Assembly: GCF_900167395.1 (NCBI RefSeq)
Contig: NZ_FUWK01000022.1
Location: forward strand, 14,106-46,105
DNA length: 32,000 nucleotides
Direction of reading: 5' to 3'
Origin: Nitrosomonas europaea
GTDB lineage: Bacteria > Pseudomonadota > Gammaproteobacteria > Burkholderiales > Nitrosomonadaceae
In this document: positions 29,256 through 32,000 of the stretch, one piece after another
Numbering within the stretch: the stretch's first letter is position 1
Layout: every line of letters starts with the position of its first letter
Made by a program: the position numbers and the translations under genes
The notes under the pieces: model-generated
Seen by the model: the letters and a program-made list of their open reading frames with translations, nothing else
Database searches by the model: none
What the model was told of the DNA's origin: nothing

Positions 29256-30185
29256 ATGCTGCATATCACCTTACATCAGCTGAAGATCTTCGAATCAGTA
29301 GCACGTCTCCTCAATTTCACACATGCTGCAGAAGAACTTCATTTGACTCAGCCGGCAGTTTCCATCCAGATCAAGCGGCTCGAAGAAATGGTTGCACTGC
29401 CCCTGTTTGAACAAATAGGCAAACGCGTCCATCTGACCGAAGCCGGCAAGGAACTTTTTCATTACAGCCGGGGTATTACGCGACAACTGGCCGATATGGA
29501 ACTGGCACTCGATGAGCTGAAGGGGCTGGAACGAGGAAAATTGAGCATTTCGGTGGTTAGTACCGCCAACTATTTCGTGCCAAACCTACTGGCCAAATTT
29601 TGCCAGCGCTACCCTGGTATTACCATTAGCCTGCATGTTTCCAATCGCGAGAATGTACTCAAGCAGCTGTCGGACAATATCATGGATCTGGCAATTATGG
29701 GTCAGCCACCCGAGGGGCTGGATATTACTTCCGAGTCATTCATGGAAAATCCACTGGTCATCATCGCCCCCCCTGAACACCCTCTCTGTGGCCAGAAACA
29801 AATTCCGGTCAAACGACTGGAGCAGGAAATTTTTCTAGTCAGGGAACCCGGTTCCGGCACGAGAAACGCGATGGAGCGATTCTTTGCTCACGAAAAAATC
29901 AGTATCCAGAAAGGAATGGAAGCAGATACTGCAGAAGCCATCAAACAAGCCATACAAGCCGGAATGGGGCTGGGAATCATGTCACTCCATACCATCAGAT
30001 TGGAGCTTGAAGCTGGGCGTTTAAAGATTCTTGATATTCAGGGGCTTCCAATCATGAGGTACTGGAATGTCGTCCACCAGAAGAACAAACGCCTCTCCAA
30101 TATTTCCAGTGTGTTCAAACAATTTTTGCTGAATGAAGCGGCTGATCTCGTAGCACTCGAATACCCGCACCGCAATACCACATGA
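29256..30185 (+). CDS. cbbR: LysR-family transcriptional activator of the cbb operon
   Basis: 309 aa. N-terminal wHTH (FTHAAEELHLTQPAVSIQIKRLE) and a LysR substrate-binding domain. Divergent from cbbL. Confidence 0.9.
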   Translation: MLHITLHQLKIFESVARLLNFTHAAEELHLTQPAVSIQIKRLEEMVALPLFEQIGKRVHLTEAGKELFHYSRGITRQLADMELALDELKGLERGKLSISVVSTANYFVPNLLAKFCQRYPGITISLHVSNRENVLKQLSDNIMDLAIMGQPPEGLDITSESFMENPLVIIAPPEHPLCGQKQIPVKRLEQEIFLVREPGSGTRNAMERFFAHEKISIQKGMEADTAEAIKQAIQAGMGLGIMSLHTIRLELEAGRLKILDIQGLPIMRYWNVVHQKNKRLSNISSVFKQFLLNEAADLVALEYPHRNTT

Positions 30186-30630
30186 CCCAGACAAGCCGAT
30201 TAACCCCCGAACCGCAGTATTTCTCATCAAATGAACAAGCCAAGACTTCCAGCTGCTTAACCTTGCAACATATCCAGCCCCCCGGATGCATCCCTGCACG
30301 CAACACTCTGAATACGGTCATCCTGCCTCGCAGATCACACAACTGACAGATATTAGATATCGACGGTTGGAATCAGTCTGTGCGGAAAACAACTGTCCAA
30401 TCAAAAATGCCGTGACAACATAATCAAAAATTCGCTCAAGTTTCTATCTGGCAAACCGTTTACTGCAAAGCCGGATTCTGGATTCAGCAAGTAGCGCGGG
30501 TAAAGGCAAGTTTGATATTTGATTTGTGAAGGGAGTGTTCTTGCCTTGGCAGGGAACGTGATCTCCTCACAGAAAAAGCAGCCATGAACACTTGAGCACA
30601 AGGTAAAACTATATTTAAGGAGATGAAGCA

Positions 30631-31026
30631 ATGACAGATAAAAATCTCAGATTTCTGGTAGTAGACGATTTTTCAACCATGCGCAGAATTATTCGCAACC
30701 TGCTCAAAGAGCTTGGTTTCAACAATGTCGAAGAAGCAGAAGATGGCGCCATGGCATTGAAAAAATTGCGTGATGGTGGTTTTGATTTCGTGGTTTCCGA
30801 CTGGAATATGCCGAATATGGACGGGCTGACCATGCTACAAAACGTCCGGGCAGATGATGCATTGAAAGATATACCCGTATTGATGGTTACCGCTGAGGCA
30901 AAAAAGGAAAACATCATTGCTGCTGCCCAGGCCGGAGCAAGCGGATATATCGTAAAGCCTTTTACAGCGGCTACCCTGGATGAGAAACTGAACAAAATTC
31001 TCCAGAATATGGCAGTGCACGCGTAA
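30631..31026 (+). CDS. cheY: Chemotaxis response regulator CheY
   Basis: 131 aa, near-collinear with my recollection of E. coli CheY ([80 protein letters not shown]). AAGGAG RBS upstream. Confidence 0.95.
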   Translation: MTDKNLRFLVVDDFSTMRRIIRNLLKELGFNNVEEAEDGAMALKKLRDGGFDFVVSDWNMPNMDGLTMLQNVRADDALKDIPVLMVTAEAKKENIIAAAQAGASGYIVKPFTAATLDEKLNKILQNMAVHA

Positions 31027-31071
31027 GCTGCGCTCTCTTTTCAACCAACTAACAAGTATCGGCCACTAAAA

Positions 31072-31692
31072 ATGAATAACAGCTTTGATACTGACAAAAA
31101 AACCATCGACCACCCGGGACAACTTGCCCGGGTGTTGCACAATTGCCTGTCTGAGCTTGGCTATGACTGGCGCTTGCGACAGGCAAGCCATGGAATATCC
31201 AACAGTAAGGATGGGTTGAACTATATCGCCAGCAAAACGACACAAGCTGCCGAATGTTCTCTGCTAGCAGTAGAAAACGCCAGGCCCATCCTGAATAACC
31301 TGTCAGCAGATGCTGCTAATTTACATAAATTATGGTGCCAGATACCAGAGACGACAGCAGCCATTATTGCCAATCAGCCGACCCTGAATAATGCGCTCAA
31401 GCAAACACTCGATTTCCTGAACAATGTCTCCAGTCAGGCAGCCTCTACTCAAGCCTGCCTCACGGAAATCATGATTGCACAGAACTTTCATGATCTGACC
31501 GGCCAAGTCATTCAGAACATTTCCCGAACGATTGAAACAGTTGAACAAGAAATGCTGCAACTACTGGCAAACGATTCAGCTAACGAAGAAAAGGAGATTA
31601 AATTGGATAATGGTTTACTGAACGGGCCAGTCGTCAATCCACAAAAGCAGGATGACGTATATGTCAACCAAGCTCAGGCTGATAATCTGTAG
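31072..31692 (+). CDS. cheZ: CheY-P phosphatase CheZ, apparently lacking the extreme C-terminal CheY-docking residues
   Basis: 206 aa with the catalytic DLTGQ motif (NFHDLTGQVIQ) and LLNGP. It ends ...VNQAQADNL*, whereas my recollection of E. coli CheZ continues ...SQDQVDDLLDSLGF. Confidence 0.85.
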   Translation: MNNSFDTDKKTIDHPGQLARVLHNCLSELGYDWRLRQASHGISNSKDGLNYIASKTTQAAECSLLAVENARPILNNLSADAANLHKLWCQIPETTAAIIANQPTLNNALKQTLDFLNNVSSQAASTQACLTEIMIAQNFHDLTGQVIQNISRTIETVEQEMLQLLANDSANEEKEIKLDNGLLNGPVVNPQKQDDVYVNQAQADNL

Positions 31693-32000
31693 TAGTTGAG
31701 ATCTGATCTGACAGTTACCCGATTTGACGAGTGCCTGTTAGATCAGATTCAGTTATTCAATTCGGTAATTTTATCGTCCCATATCTCCTTAGCGTCAATT
31801 AAAGTTTGCATCGGGGTGCGTCCACAGCACATTTTTCCCTGGTGAGTCCGCACACTGTTGTAGTACGCCATCCAATCATCCAGATCGTGTTGTAACTCTT
31901 CAATGGACTGGTAAATCTTGCGCCGGAATGTCACCTGGTAGAACTCCTGCAAGATGGTTTTGTGAAAGCGTTCGCAAATACCGTTGGTCTGCGGATGATT
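31688..32000 (-). mobile_element. Edge of an IS element (IS481-family-like), continuing beyond the window
   Basis: It contains the 3' part of a DDE/rve transposase gene. The proposed outer terminus TGTAGTAG... at 31688 is a guess based on the TGT start and the abrupt end of cheZ. An imperfect 13-bp inverted repeat (one mismatch) lies at 31701-31713 / 31736-31748. Confidence 0.5.
31749..32000 (-). CDS. DDE transposase (integrase core domain), C-terminal fragment in the window
   Basis: The minus-strand reading frame is open to the window edge: NHPQTNGICERFHKTILQEFYQVTFRRKIY...YYNSVRTHQGKMCCGRTPMQT. The HPQTNG..ERFH.T motif and the C-terminal RTHQG...G.TP are typical of IS481/IS3-type rve domains. 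Confidence 0.85.
   Translation of the reverse strand, partial: NHPQTNGICERFHKTILQEFYQVTFRRKIYQSIEELQHDLDDWMAYYNSVRTHQGKMCCGRTPMQTLIDAKEIWDDKITELNN

Noticed and set aside
30450-30472. GGCAAACC ... GCAAAGCC, two 8-mers that also occur in the c-di-GMP-I (GEMM-I) riboswitch core, upstream of cheY
   Set aside because: Only 7 nt separate them, so there is no room for the GNRA-capped P2 hairpin that lies between these elements in GEMM-I. I could not draw a closing helix or a tetraloop-receptor arm either. Most likely a coincidence; cmscan with RF01051 would settle it.
1-32000. Search by eye for CRISPR arrays, long tandem repeats, rRNA, prophage or defence gene clusters, and toxin-antitoxin pairs
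   Set aside because: None seen. The intergenic gaps are short except for the four discussed (6487-6881, 16507-16886, 22335-22905, 30186-30630), and none contains spaced direct repeats of CRISPR type.

Overview
The window reads as about 90% coding core chromosome of a chemolithoautotrophic betaproteobacterium. The cbbL-cbbS-cbbQ-cbbO plus small-ORF operon with a divergent cbbR resembles Nitrosomonas-type ammonia oxidisers, but that organism call is inference only. From left to right the window holds: nadE; a BepA-like M48 protease; a three-gene MacAB-type ABC efflux operon; a six-gene group-2 Mrp cation/H+ antiporter operon with fused A/B subunit; an Lpp-like lipoprotein; a GST; a HAMP-GGDEF-EAL protein; yqaA; a monothiol glutaredoxin; the hemA-prfA-prmC operon; ispB; tRNA-Pro(CGG); an orphan ORF; the non-carboxysomal form IA RuBisCO operon with CbbQ/CbbO activase; cbbR; cheY-cheZ; and the edge of an IS element. 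I found no CRISPR array, no rRNA, no obvious defence or toxin module, and no convincing new multi-gene system. Five observations merit a second look. (1) cheZ lacks the last ~6 codons of its CheY-P docking helix and stops 56 nt from an IS transposase gene. (2) A 100-aa protein of unknown function closes the cbb operon. (3) An orphan 141-aa ORF and 570 nt of ORF-free DNA follow tRNA-Pro. (4) A 395-nt leader with a perfect palindrome precedes mrp. (5) A strong hairpin separates cbbS from cbbQ. All functional calls come from motif recognition in the supplied translations; no database search was run.
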